Source: Eledone cirrhosa (Eukaryota). Taken from it: DNA of 64,000 nucleotides. The translations under genes and the position numbers were made by a program. Within the stretch, counting starts at the first letter, position 1. Every line of letters starts with the position of its first letter. The DNA is taken from assembly GCA_964016885.1 (NCBI GenBank), contig OZ024751.1:10106001-10170000 (forward strand), read 5' to 3'. Below the pieces are notes generated by a model. The model was not told the DNA's origin and ran no database searches. It saw nothing but the letters and a program-made list of their open reading frames with translations. Below are positions 13,734 through 27,087 of this stretch, piece by piece.

Positions 13734-14169
13734 CTAAATTTAAAAGTAACAAAAAATCATGTGAAATGAAAACTAAATAAATTCCTCCAGAGATGGGTGT
13801 ACAGACGATGTAGAAGGAAGGTAAGAGAAGTGTTCCAGGAATGGGAGAAGTGAGGAGGGGTGTAGTGATAAATTGAAGAGATAGAGCTCATCTTATCTTA
13901 CCAAATAAAATAATGATGTACTACAGTATAACCTTATATATCATTAGATAGGTAGATATAGACAGACAGACACACAGACAGACAGACAGACAGATAGATA
14001 GATAGATAGATGAGATGGAAAGAAATGAGAGCTGGCTTTATACAATAGTTGGCGCTATGCAGTAATATGGACTGAAACATACATCTAGTAGGCACCTCTG
14101 ACCCACTGTGCCCCCACCCATACACTTCCGAGGTCCCAACACCTACCCACCCATTTCTGTCCACACCAC

Positions 14170-14970
14170 CCTTACACTGTAAAGTTATGTTGGTATCACA
14201 ACAAAAAAATCACCCAGCCCACACTGTAAAGTGGTTGTGTAGGAATCAGAACAAAAAATCACCCAGCTCACTCTGTAAAGTGGCCATGAAGGAGTTACAA
14301 TAAAAATCACCCAGCCCTCACTGTAAAGTGGCCATGAAGGAGTTACAATAAAAATCACCCAGCCCTCACTGTAAAGTGGCCATGAAGGAGTTACAATAAA
14401 AATCACCCAGCCCACACTGTAAAGTGGTCATGTAGGTGTCATGACAAAAAGCACCCAGCCCACACTATAAAGTGGTTATGTAGGAATCACAACAAAAAGC
14501 ACCCAGCCCACACTGTAAAGTGGTTGTGTAGGAATCACAACAAAAAGCACCCAGCCCACACTGTAAAGTGGTTGTGTAGGAATCATAACAAAAAGCACCC
14601 AGCCCACACTGTAAAGTGGTTGTGTAGGAATCACAACAAAAAGCACCCAGCCCACACTGTAAAGTGGTTGTGTAGGAATCACAACAAAAAGCACCCAGCC
14701 CACACTGTAAAGTGGTTGTGTAGGAATCACAACAAAAAGCACCCAGCCCACACTGTAAAGTGGTTGTGTAGGTGTCATGACAAAACGCAAACAACCCACA
14801 CTGTAAATGTGGTTGGTATTAGAAGGGGCATCCAGCCATAGAAACCAAGCCAGAAACAGTTCTATATGAGCAAGACACGGTTACCGGACCAAACATGCCT
14901 CTAACAGGACAACCCGTCTAACCCATGCTAGCATGGAAAATGGGCATTAAACAATGGTGATGATAATGAT
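14170..14970 (+). repeat. 48-bp minisatellite grown from an RTE/SINE 3' UTR, followed by the normal element tail
   Basis: Unit AAAAAGCACCCAGCCCACACTGTAAAGTGGTTGTGTAGGAATCACAAC about 13 times, then AGGGGCATCCAGCC..CATGCTAGCATGGAAAATGG..(GAT)n. Confidence 0.9.
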
Positions 14971-15024
14971 ACACATGCACAATACATATATACAGCTACT
15001 ATATATTTATTATCTATTTTTACA

Positions 15025-15145
15025 TTGAGTTCAAATCCCGCCGATGTTAACTTTGCCTTTCATCCTTACGGGGTCGATAAAATAAAGTACCAGTAATGCA
15101 CTGGATTAATTGCTGGCCTTGTGCCAAACGTAGAAACAATTATCT
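15025..15145 (+). mobile_element. SINE family A, 5'-truncated
   Basis: B box plus family body. Confidence 0.85.
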
Positions 15146-15544
15146 ATTTTTACATTACATTTTATACACAATAGCATTGTGTGCACAATAGCATTTTGGT
15201 TACAAGGCATGACGCAGTAGGGTTGAACCCCAAACCATGTGGTTACAAGTTATACTTGTTACCCACACAGCCATCACAGTACCTTACACAGGTATATTAT
15301 ATATCTACTTATACATCATTCTACCAAATATTTATTTATAATCAGTCTATCTGTCTCTGTCCATCAAACTGATTATCTAGTTATTATATCTAATTTTTTA
15401 CATAATCTACCTCCCCATCTACCTACCTATCTATCCATTTATCTGTCTATCTATCCATTGATCTGTCTATCCATCAATCCATTTATCTATCTATCTATTT
15501 ATTTGTCTGTCCACCTACTCCATCTATCTGTTTATCAATCTGTC

Positions 15545-16275
15545 TATCTGTCTCTACTCCATCTATCTCTATCTCTCTCTACTCCATCCCTCTCTCTACT
15601 CCATCCCTCTCTCTACTCCATCCCTCTCTCTCTCTCTCTACTCCATCTCTCTCTCTCTCTCTACTCCATCTCTCTCTCTTTCTACTCCATCTCTCTCTCT
15701 TTCTACTCCATCTCTCTCTCTCTCTCTCTACTCCATCTCTCTCTCTACTCCATCCCTCTCTCTACTCCATCCCTCTCTCTACTCCATCTCTCTCTCTACT
15801 CCATCTCTCTCTCTACTCCATCTCTCTCTCTACTCCATCCCTCTCTCTACTCCATCTCTCACTCTACTCTATCTCTCTCTCTACTCCATCCCTCTCTCTA
15901 CTCCATCCCTCTCTCTACTCCATCTCTCTCTCTACTCCATCCCTCACTCTACTCCATCCCTCTCTCTACTCCATCTCTCACTCTACTCCATCTCTCACTC
16001 TACTCCATCTCTCTCTCTACTCCATCTCTCTCTCTACTCCATCTCTCTCTCTACTCCATCTCTCTCTCTACTCCATCTCTCTCTCTACTCCATCTCTCTC
16101 TCTACTCCATCTCTCTCTCTACTCCATCCCTCTCTCTACTCCATCCCTCTCTCTACTCCATCCCTCTCTCTACTCCATCCCTCTCTCTACTCCATCCCTC
16201 TCTCTACTCCATCCCTCTCTCTACTCCATCTCTCTCTCTACTCCATCTATCTCTCTACTCCATCTATCTATCTAT
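15545..16275. repeat. CT-rich minisatellite (CTCTCTACTCCATC(C/T)CT, ~17 bp)
   Basis: Direct inspection. Confidence 0.9.
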
Positions 16276-16844
16276 CCCATCTAACAACCCATTTATCTAG
16301 CTATATATCAACTTATCTATCTGCACATCTGCCCTATCAATCTCTCCATCTGTCAGCCAACATCAGATAAACACAAACTGTTGGCTTCTTCACAACTTTC
16401 AAATATTAGGTTGGCAAGACAACTTGCCATGTCGGGCATTGCTTTTGCCAGTGGGAAGAAACCTTTAAACAAACGAACTTCAATGACTATCAGAAAATAA
16501 TTAATAAGATGGAGTAGGTTTTCTGCTAAAATCATGTTACGTTTGCTGAAGCAAAGACACGAGGCAGAGCAGAGCAAGCCGATGATGATGATGAAACTCA
16601 TACCAACCGCTGTTGCCAAACAAAAACATGTCTTCCATGGCAGTAATTTGGACAAAGTTAATTTCCACACCAATAAGATACTATATGAAGCAATGGGGGG
16701 AACAAAGAAGAAAGAAAATGAAGAGAGGAAAGAGAGAGAGAAAGAAATGAAAATGAAAGAACATAAATGATGTTTAGATGAAAGGAAAGGAAGTAGAAGA
16801 GGACAGAAGACAATAACAAAGAAAGAGGATGACAACACCTAACG

Positions 16845-17725
16845 AGGAGTGGACAGATGTGAAGTAGACAGGTGTGGAGTGGACAGGTGTGAAGTAACCA
16901 AGTGTGGAGTGGACAGTTGTGGATTGGACAGGTGTGGAGTGGACAGGTGTGGAGTGGACAGGTGTGGAGTAGACAGATGTGAAGTAGACAGGTGTGGAGT
17001 AGACAGGTGTGGAGTGGACAGATGTGAAGTAGACAGGTGTGGAGTGGACAGATGTGGAGTAGACAGGTGTGGAGTGGACAGGTGTGGAGTACACAGATGT
17101 GGAATGGACAGGTGTGAAGTGGACAGATGTGGAGTGGACAGATGTGAAGTAGACAGGTGTGAAGTGGACAGATGTGGAGTGGACAGGTGTGGAGTGGACA
17201 GATGTGAAGTAGACAGATGTGGAGTGGACAGATGTGGAGTAGTCAAGTGTGGAGTAGTCAGGTGTGGAGTGGACAGATGTGGAGTGGACAGGTGTGAAGT
17301 AGACAGATGTGAAGTAGACATATGTGGAGTAGATAGATGTGGAGTGGACAGGTGTGGAGTAGACAGATGTGGAGTAGACAGATGTGGAGTGGACAGGTGT
17401 GGAGTGGACAGGTGTGGAGTGGACAGATGTTGAGTAGACAGGTGTGGAGTGGACAGGTGTGGAGTGGACAGATGTGGAGTAGACAGATGTGGAGTGGACA
17501 GGTGTGGAGTACACAGATGTGGAATGGACAGGTGTGAAGTGGACAGATGTGAAGTGGACAGGTGTGGAGTACACAGATGTGGAATGGACAGGTGTGGAGT
17601 AGACAGGTGTGGAGTGGACAGGTATGAAGTAGACAGGTGTGGAGTAGACATGTGTGGAGTAGACGGGTGTGGAGTGGAGAGATGTGAAGTAGACAGGTGT
17701 GGAGTGGACAGGTGTGGAGTGGACA
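16845..17725. repeat. 15-bp minisatellite (GGAGTGGACAGGTGT)
   Basis: Direct inspection; gives the DRCGV and STPHL pseudo-ORFs. Confidence 0.95.
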
Positions 17726-18194
17726 AATAGATAGGTGACAGCAGGTAAACATACAGGTATCAATACAAGGATATATATAGGTAACAGGTGATAGCAGATG
17801 ACAGTGAGGAGGAAGTAAGTAGAAAGATATACAGGTGACAGGTGGTAGACAGACACAAAGATATATAGGTGACATGTGACAGGTGGTAGACAGACACAAA
17901 GATATATAGGTGACAGCAGATGGTAGACAGACACAAAGATATATAGGTGACAGGTGGTAGACAGACACAAAGATATATAGGTGACAGGTGACAGCAGATG
18001 GTAGACAGACACAAAGATATATAGGTGACAGGTGATAGAAAATAGGTGACAGAAGGTAATAGAGAGAGATAAATAGAGAGCCATTTAGAAGACAGGTGAC
18101 AGAAAGTTAAAAGTAGTCAGGGGAGAGGGGGATAAGAGGGGTGAGAGAGAGAGGATGAGAGAGAGGGCGGGTAATAAAGAAAGTTATATAGGTG

Positions 18195-18195
18195 A

Positions 18196-18239
<44 letters not shown>

Positions 18240-18392
18240 AAAATAAAGAAAGGAAAGAGAAAGAAAGAAAGAGAAAGAAAGAGAAAGAGAGAAAAAAAGG
18301 AAAAAAAAGAAAAAAGAAAGAAAAAGAAAGAGAAAATAGAAAGAAAAAGAAAGAGAAAGAAAGAAAGAAAGAAAGGAAAAGAAACAAAGGAA

Positions 18393-18484
<92 letters not shown>

Positions 18485-18790
18485 AAAAGTGATGATGAAA
18501 TGATAAAAGATAAATGGAGCTAAATTCAGCTAAAGTAAATATGGTGGAATAAAGAGGACAGCAGAATTGATGAGCAAGAGATAGCAGTGAGGAGGTGGTG
18601 GTGGTGGTGTGGTGTATAAGGCGCTGGGGGGTGGAGAAGGATTTATGAACAGCTTCTACTTGCCTATAGCAGAAAACTGTGAAAGAAAGTAAAAGTATTG
18701 CCAAGGAAAAAATGGTTTAATCCACAGAATACATCTTTACAATATTATTGATGTTGTTGCTGTTGATGATAATGATGGTGGTGGTGGTGT

Positions 18791-18824
<34 letters not shown>

Positions 18825-19680
18825 GATGATGAGATGATGGTGGTGGTGTTGATGATGAGATGATGGTGGTGGTGTGTTGATTTCTTGTTGTTGGTGGTGT
18901 GGTGTGGTGTGGTGTTGTGTTGATTTCTTGTTGGTGGTGGTGTGGTGTTGTGGTGTGGTGTTGTGTTGATTTCTTGTTGGTGGTGGTGGTGTGTTGATTT
19001 CTTGTTGGTGATGGTGTGGTGTTGTGTTGTGTTGTGTTGATTTCTTGTTGTTGGTGGTGTGGTGTTGTGTTGTGTTGATTTCTTGTTTGTGGTGTGGTGT
19101 TGTGTTGTGTTGATTTCTTGTTGGTGGTGTGGTGTTGTGTTGATTTCTTGGTGGTGGTGTGGTGTGGTGTGGTGTGGTGTGGTGTGGTGTTGATTTCTTG
19201 TTGTTGGTGGTGTGGCGTTGCGTTGATTTCTTGTTGTTGGTGGTGATGTGGTGTTGTGTTGTGTTGATTTCTTGTTGTTGGTGGTGTGGTGTGGTGTTGT
19301 GTTGATTTCTTGTTGTTGGTGGTATGGTGTTGTGTTGATTTCTTGTTGTTGATGATGGTGGTGTGGTGTGGTGTTGTGTTGATTCTTTGATGGTGGTGAT
19401 GGTGTGGTTTTGGTGGTGTGGTGTTGATGGTGGTGTTGCAGTTGATTGTGGTGTTGCAGTTGATTGTGGTGTGGTGTTGATTTCTTTGTAGTCGTGGTGG
19501 TGGTGCTGGTGGTGTTGTAGTTGTGGTGGTGGTGTTATTGTGTTGATTTGTTGATGGTGGCAATGATGATTGTGGTTGTGTTGTAGTTGATGGTGATGTG
19601 GTGTTGTGTTGAATTGATTTCTTGATGGTGGTGGTGTTGTGTTGATTCCTTGATGGTGGTAGTGGTGTTCTCATTGTTGA
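18195..19680. repeat. (GAAA)n tract followed by GTT/GGT-rich low complexity
   Basis: Direct inspection. Confidence 0.9.
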
Positions 19681-19712
19681 GGATAGTTCAGGTAGCAGAG
19701 CATTAATATCCA

Positions 19713-20042
19713 ATATGACAAAAGACCAAAGTTAACAACATAAACTGATTCTTTAATTTCTACGTCTGTTTCAATATGGTTACAATGTCACATGCATACA
19801 TAAACAATTGGAAACAATTATCAATTATTAACACCATACATAATACGTATAACTGCATTTCTTCAGGAAAATGTGAGAAACTTGGTAAACTTTGTTCTTT
19901 CTTACATTTTCCTGAAGAAATGCAGTTATACGTATTATGTATGGTGTTAATAATCGATAATTGTTTCCAGTTGTTTATATGCATGTGACATTGTAACTGT
20001 ATTGAAACAGACGTAGAAATTAACCTTGGTCTTTTGTCATAT
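19713..20042. mobile_element. Fold-back element P1 with a hammerhead motif in each arm
   Basis: Arms 19753-19880 and 19898-20023 are near-perfect reverse complements, with outer arms ATATGACAAAAGACCAA/TTGGTCTTTTGTCATAT. Confidence 0.85.
19908..20019 (+). ncRNA. Minimal type I hammerhead ribozyme motif (mirror copy on minus strand, 19757-19870)
   Basis: TTTC-CTGAAGA(19912-19918)-AATGCAGTTATA..TGTAACTGTATT-GAAA(20004-20007)-C AGAC-GTA-GAAA; stem II 12 bp with G-U pairs, stem I 4 bp. Confidence 0.75.
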
Positions 20043-20179
20043 CAAATATATATGTGGTGAGAGCTGATCTTAAATCGTTGAGATTCAGAAAAGAGATGAT
20101 GGAGAAACAGGGTAAGTGGAGAGATACTATGCTGAAAAGGACCCATCCACCCCATGCAAGTATGGAAAAATGGACATAA

Positions 20180-21255
20180 AAATGATGATGTCGAGGTCAG
20201 ATTTTCATCATTTTGGGGTTTATACAATAAAATACCAGTAAAGTACTAGGGTTGATTTAATCAACTTCCCCTACTCTATAATTGCTGGTTTTGTGCCTAG
20301 AACACAAACCACTATTATTATTATTATTATTATTATTATAAGGGCGGTTGATTGGCAGTATCGGTAGAGGGTCGGATGCCATGCTTTGCAGCAAAGAGTT
20401 ACGGTCCTTGCCATTCTGAGTTCAAATCCCGCTGAGGTTAGTTTTACTTTTCATCCTTACGGAGTCGATAAAATAAAGTACCAGTTATGCACTGGGAAGA
20501 ATTTAATTGACTTTCCCCTCTCCCTCAAAATTGTTGACCTTGTGCCTAAATCAGAACCCATTATTATTGCATTTCCAGTATCGGTAGAGCATCAGAAAAC
20601 AGGCTTTATGTCATAGAATTACAGCCCTTTATATTCTGAGTTCAAATCCTGCTGAGGTTAGCTTTACTTTTCATCCTTGCAGAGTCAATAAAATAAAGTA
20701 CCAGTCATGCACTGTGGTCAATTTAATCGACTTTCCCTTTCCCAAAAGATTGTTGGCCTTGTGCCTAAATCAGAAACCATTGGTGGATTGGCAGTATCAG
20801 TAATGGGTCGGACGCCATGCTTTGAAGCATAGAGTTACCTCCCTTTATGATCTGAGTTCAAATCCCGTCGAGGTTAACTTTGCCTTTCATCCTTATGGGG
20901 TCGATAAAATAAAGTACCAGTAATACACTGGGATAATTGCTGGGCTTGTGCCAGTGGATTGGCAGTATCGGTAGAGGGTCGGACACCATGCTTTCCAGCA
21001 TAGTTACGTCCCTTTACGATCTGAGTTCAAATCCCGCCGAGGTTGACTTTGCCTTTCATCCTTACGGGGTCGATAAAATAAAGTACCAGTAATGCACTGA
21101 GTAATTGCTGGCCTTGTGCCTAAAGTAGAAACAATTATTATTATTATTATTATTTAATGTACCAGTAATGCACTGGGGGTGAATTTAATCAACTTGCCCA
21201 TCTCCCCAAATTGCTGGCCTTGTGCCTAAATCAAAAACCATTATTATTATTATTG
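20180..21255 (+). mobile_element. Head-to-tail array of about 6 SINE family A copies
   Basis: Repeated GGATTGGCAGTATCGGTAGAG heads, GAGTTCAAATCCC B boxes and (ATT)n tails. Confidence 0.9.
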
Positions 21256-21674
21256 AAATATTACAAGAATCTGTCAGAATTGGTAGAACATTGAACTGTA
21301 TGACTTTCAATACATCATTAGATTTTCTTATGTTTTAGGTTGAAATCTCACCAACACCAACTTTGCATTTCATTATTTGGGGTTAAGTTAAGTAGGAGTC
21401 AAAAACTGAAGTCAATACACACATGTACACAAACACATACATGCACACACACACGTACACATGCACACACACAAACACACACATACAAAGACAAACACAC
21501 ACATACAAACAAAAACACACACACATACATACATACAAACACACATGCACACTAGGAGTCAAAAACTGAAGTCAATACACACATGTACACAAACACATAC
21601 ACATAAATATACACACAGACGTACACATGCACACACACACACACAAACACACACATACAAACACATACAAACAC

Positions 21675-21712
<38 letters not shown>

Positions 21713-22676
21713 AAACACTGACACCCAGAGGCAGATGTATACAGACACATACATAAAATAAGTATCAACTCAATACCGGACTCAATATATACACACACAT
21801 ACAAACATACATATATATATATATATATAGATACAAGCACATAAAAACACATACAAACACATACTCACACAAGCATATACCCATGCACACATACAAACAC
21901 ACACATATACAAGCATATACAAACATGCACACAAACACATATACAAGCATACACACACACACACATATACAAACATACACACACAGAGACACACACATAT
22001 ACAAACATACACACACAGAGACACATATATACAAGCATACACACACAGACACACACATATATACAAGCATACACACACAAAGACACACATATATACAAGC
22101 ATACACACACAGATACACACATATACAAACATACACACACAGACACACACATATCATATACAAGCATACACACACACATACTTTCATCTTTTTGTCTGTT
22201 CTCTGCAGGCTTCAGGTTATTAAGTTGGCAGTTGAAGGATTTCCTTTCCAAATTAGCTGCTTTTCTTCTACCTCCCTCTCTAACTCTCTCTCTCTCTACC
22301 TCCCTCTCTACCTCTAACTCTCTCTCTCTACCTCTACACCTTTCTCTACCTCTCTATCTCTACCTCTCTCTCACCCACTCTTTCTCTACCTCTGTAGCCC
22401 CCTGTCTCTCAACCTCTACCTCTTTTTCAACCTCTCTCAAACTCTATCTCTCTCTCTACATGTATCTCTCTCTACCCCCTCTCTCTCTCTCTCTTTACCT
22501 CCATCTTTCTCGTTCTCTCTTTACTTCTGTTTATCCATATAGTAATAGTAGCAGTAGTAATAGTAGTAGTAGTAATAGTAGTAGTAGCAGCAGCAGCACC
22601 AGTAGTAGTAGTAGTAGTAGTAGTAGTACTTATAATGGTCATATTATGGGTTTTATGAAACCATTATTATCTTATA

Positions 22677-23345
22677 ACGGTGGATTGGCAGAATCGGTAG
22701 AGGGTCGGACGCCATGCTTTGACGCATAGAGTTACGGCCCTTGCCATTCTGAGTTCAAATCCCGCCGAGGTTAACTTTACCTTTCATCCTTACGGGGTCG
22801 ATAAAATAAAGTACCAGTAATACACTGGGTAATTGCTGGCCTTGTGCCAAAAGTAGAAACAATTATTATCATATAATAATTATTTCTACTATAGGCACAA
22901 GGCCAGTAATTTGGGGGGAGGGGAAGGTCGATTAAATCAACTCCAGGTCATTACTGGTACTTTATTTTATCGACCCCATAAGGATGAAAGGTAAAGTTAA
23001 CCTCGGGGGGATTTGAACTAAGATCATAAAAGACCATAACTCTATGCTGCAAAGCATAGAGTCCGTCTCTCTATTGATACTGCCAAATAATAAAAATGAT
23101 TGTGTTCAGTGCTCAGGTGCACTACCACTCATCAAAGGTGCATGTGTAGTACAAAGAATAATTGTTTCTACTTTAGGCACAAGGCCAGCAATTACCCAGT
23201 GCGTTACTGGTACTTTATTTCATCGACCCCGTAAGGATGAAAGCAAAGTCAACCTTGGCGGGATTTGAACTCAGATCGTAAAGGGACGTAACTATGCTGG
23301 AAAGCATGGCGTCCGACCCTCTACCGATACTGCCAATTCACCGCC
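22677..23345. mobile_element. SINE family A cluster: one plus copy tail-to-tail with two minus copies
   Basis: Plus 22677-22868; minus about 22875-23085 and 23157-23345. Confidence 0.9.
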
Positions 23346-23411
23346 CTTGTAGTACAAAGAATATTGTACAAAAGTTAGGAAAGTGAACAGTGTTATATCT
23401 TTTGATTATAC

Positions 23412-26011
23412 ACACGTGTGTATGGAGGGGGAGTATCAGGTGTGTATGGAGGGGGAATATCAGGTGTGTATGGAGGGGGAGTATCAGGTGTGTATGGAGG
23501 GGGAGTATCAGGTGTGTATGGAGGGGGAATATCAGGTGTGTATGGAGGGGAAATATCAGGTGTGTATGGAGGGGGAGTATCAGGTGTGTATGGAGGGGGA
23601 ATATCAGGTGTGTATGGAGGGGGAGTATCAGGTGTGTATGGAGGGGGAGTATTACGTGTGTATGGAGGGGTAATATCAGGTGTGTATGGAGGGGGAGTAT
23701 CAGGTGTGTATGGAGGGGGAATATCAGGTGTGTATGGAGGGGGAGTATCAGGTGTGTATGGAGGGGGAGTATCAGGTGTGTATGGAGGGGAAATATCAGG
23801 TGTGTATGGAGGGGGAGTATCAGGTGTGTATGGAGGAGGAGTATCACGCGTGTATGGAGGGGGAGTATCAGGTGTGTATGGAGGGGGAGTATCAGGTGTG
23901 TATGGAGGGGGAGTATTACGTGTGTATGGAGGGGTAATATCAGGTGTGTATGGAGGGGGAGTATCAGGTGTGTATGGAGGAGGAGTATAATGTGTGTATG
24001 GAGGGGGAATATCACGTGTGTATGGAGGGGGAATATCACGCGTGTATGGAGGGGGAGTATCAGGTGTGTATGGAGGGGGAGTATCAGGTGTGTATGGAGG
24101 GGGAATATCAGGTGTGTATGGAGGGGGAGTATCAGGTGTGTATGGAGGGGGAATATCAGGTGTGTATGGAGGGGGAGTATCAGGAGTGTATGGAGGGGGA
24201 GTATCAGGTGTGTATGGAAGGGGAATATCACGTGTGTATGGAGGGGGAGTATCAGGTGTGTATGGAGGGGGAGTATCAGGTGTGTATGGAGGGGGAGTAT
24301 CAGGAGTGTATGGAGGGGGAGTATCAGGTGTGTATGGAGGGGGAGTATCAGGAGTGTATGGAGGGGGAATATCACGTGTGTATGGAGGGGTAATATCAGG
24401 TGTGTATGGAGGGGGAGTATCAGGTGTGTATGGAGGGGGAATATCACGTGTGTATGGAGGGGTAATATCAGGTGTGTATGGAGGGGGAGTATCAGGTGTG
24501 TATGGAGGGGGAGTATCAGGAGTGTATGGAGGGGGAATATCACGTGTGTATGGAGGGGTAATATCAGGTGTGTATGGAGGGGGAGTATCAGGTGTGTATG
24601 GAGGGGGAGTATCAGGAGTGTATGGAGGGGGAATATCACGTGTGTATGGAGGGGTAATATCAGGTGTGTATGGAGGGGGAGTATCAGGTGTGTATGGAGG
24701 GGGAGTATCAGGAGTGTATGGAGGGGGAATATCACGTGTGTATGGAGGGGTAATATCAGGTGTGTATGGAGGGGGAGTATCAGGTGTGTATGGAGGGGGA
24801 ATATCAGGAGTGTATGGAGGGGGAATATCACGTGTGTATGGAGGGGTAATATCAGGTGTGTATGGAGGGGGAGTATCAGGTGTGTATGGAGGGGTAATAT
24901 CAGGTGTGTATGGAGGGGGAGTATCAGGTGTGTATGGAGGGGGAATATCAGGTGTGTATGGAGGGGGAGTATCAGGAGTGTATGGAGGGGGAGTATCAGG
25001 TGTGTATGGAAGGGGAATATCACGTGTGTATGGAGGGGGAGTATCAGGTGTGTATGGAGGGGGAGTATCAGGTGTGTATGGAGGGGGAGTATCAGGAGTG
25101 TATGGAGGGGGAGTATCAGGTGTGTATGGAAGGGGAATATCACGTGTGTATGGAGGGGGAGTATCAGGTGTGTATGGAGGGGGAGTATCAGGTGTGTATG
25201 GAGGGGGAGTATCAGGAGTGTATGGAGGGGGAATATCAGGTGTGTATGGAGGGGGAGTATCACGTGTGTATGGAGGGGGAGTATCAGGTGTGTATGGAGG
25301 GGGAGTATCAGGAGTGTATGGAGGGGGAATATCAGGTGTGTATGGAGGGGAAATATCAGGTGTGTATGGAGGGGAAATATCAGGTGTGTATGGAGGGGGA
25401 GTATCAGGTGTGTATGGAGGGGGAGTATCAGGTGTGTATGGAGGGGGAGTATCAGGTGTGTATGGAAGGGGAATATCACGTGTGTATGGAAGGGGAATAT
25501 CACGTGTGTATGGAGGGGGAGTATCAGGTGTGTATGGAAGGGGAAATATCAGGTGTGTATGGAGGGGAAATATCAGGTGTGTATGGAGGGGAAATATCAG
25601 GTGTGTATGGAGGGGGAGTATCAGGTGTGTATGGAGGGGAAATATCAGGTGTGTATGGAGGGGGAATATCAGGTGTGTATGGAGGAGGAATATCAGGTGT
25701 GTATGGAGGGGAAATATCAGGTGTGTATGGAAGGGGAATATCAGGTGTGTATGGAAGGGGAATATCAGGTGTGTATGGAGGGGGAGTATCAGGTGTGTAT
25801 GGAGGGGGAGTATCAGGTGTGTATGGAGGGGAAATATCAGGTGTGTATGGAAGGGGAATATCAGGTGTGTATGGAAGGGGAATATCAGGTGTGTCTGGAG
25901 GGGGAGTATCAGGTGTGTATGGAGGGGGAGTATCAGGTGTGTATGGAGGGGGAGTATCAGGTGTGTATGGAGGGGAAATATCGGGTGTGTATGGAGGGGG
26001 AGTATCAGGTG
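23412..26011. repeat. 24-bp satellite (CAGGTGTGTATGGAGGGGGAGTAT), about 108 copies
   Basis: Highly homogeneous tandem array; a unit length divisible by 3 explains the 680-876 aa ORFs. Confidence 0.98.
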
Positions 26012-26039
26012 TAGTGTTGGCAAATTTCATAAATCATAA

Positions 26040-27087
26040 TAACAATGGTTTCTGAATTAGGCACAAGACCAACAATTTGGGGGGAAGGGGAAAGTCAATT
26101 AAATCGATCACAGTGCATTACTGGTACTTTATTTTATTGACCCCCATGAGGTTGAAAAGTAAAGCTAACCTCGGGAGGATTTGAACTCAGAAAGTAAAGG
26201 GTCGTAACACTATGCTACAAAGCATGTTGTCTGACGCTCTACCGATAATGCCAATCCACTGCCCTGACAACAATAATAATTGTTTCTACTTTAGGCACGA
26301 GGCCAGCAATTTGAAGAGGAAGTTAAGGTCAATTAAATCGACCCCGACCCCAGTGCATTACTGGTACTTTATTTTATCAACCGTAAAAGGATGAAAGGAA
26401 AAGTTGGTCCCAGCTGGATTTGAACTCAAAACATAAAAAGCCATAATTAAACACTGCAAAACATTAATCTGACATTGTCAATTCACCTAATAAGGGTTTC
26501 TTATATAGGCACGAGGCCAGCAATTATCCCAGTGTATTACTGGTACTTTATTTTATCGACCCCGTAAGGATGATAGGCAAAGTTAACCTCGCCGGGATTT
26601 GAACTTAGACCATAAAGGGCCGTAACTCTTTGCTACAAAGCATGGTGTCCGACCCTCATGGTTTCTTATATAGGCACAAGGCCAGCAATTTGGGGGGAGG
26701 GGAAAGTCAATTAAATCGACCCCAGTGCATGACTGGTACTTTATTTTATCGATCCATAAGGATGTAAGGCAAAGTTAACCTCGGCGGGATTTGAACTCAG
26801 ACCATAAAGGGAGGTAACTCTATGCTGCAAAGCTTGGCGTCTGTTGCTCTACCGATACTGCCAATCCACCACCCTAATAATATTAATAATAATAATTGTT
26901 TCTACATTTGGCACAAGGCCAGCAATTATCCCAGTGCATTACTGGTACTTTATTTTATCGACCCCCGTAAGGATGAAAGGCAAAGTTAACCTCGGTGGGA
27001 TTTGAACTCAGAATGGCAAGGGCCGTAACTCTATGCTGCAAAGCATGGCGTCCGACCCTCTACTGATACTGCCAACCCACCGCCCTA
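26040..27087 (-). mobile_element. Array of about 5 SINE family A copies
   Basis: Repeated GGCACAAGGCCAGCAATT..GGATTTGAACTCAG..TGCCAATCCACCGCCC. Confidence 0.9.

Noticed and set aside
14170-14810. CRISPR-like array
   Set aside because: Units are contiguous with no unique spacers; eukaryotic retroelement origin
16353-16838. 161-aa ORF as a host exon
   Set aside because: No recognisable motif, and the flanking exons already splice in frame without it
19713-20042. P1-P4 as DNA-transposon MITEs or miRNA hairpins
   Set aside because: No superfamily-type termini or TSD, unpaired tails in P2 and P4, and a shared hammerhead core; endogenous siRNA production is not excluded
20340-20440. tRNA gene
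   Set aside because: A and B boxes are spaced too widely and lead into a multi-copy SINE body
23338-26055. 680-876 aa repetitive ORFs (GVYGGG, YTPDTPPP)
   Set aside because: Consequence of a 24-bp satellite unit; a 1-bp insertion swaps the frames
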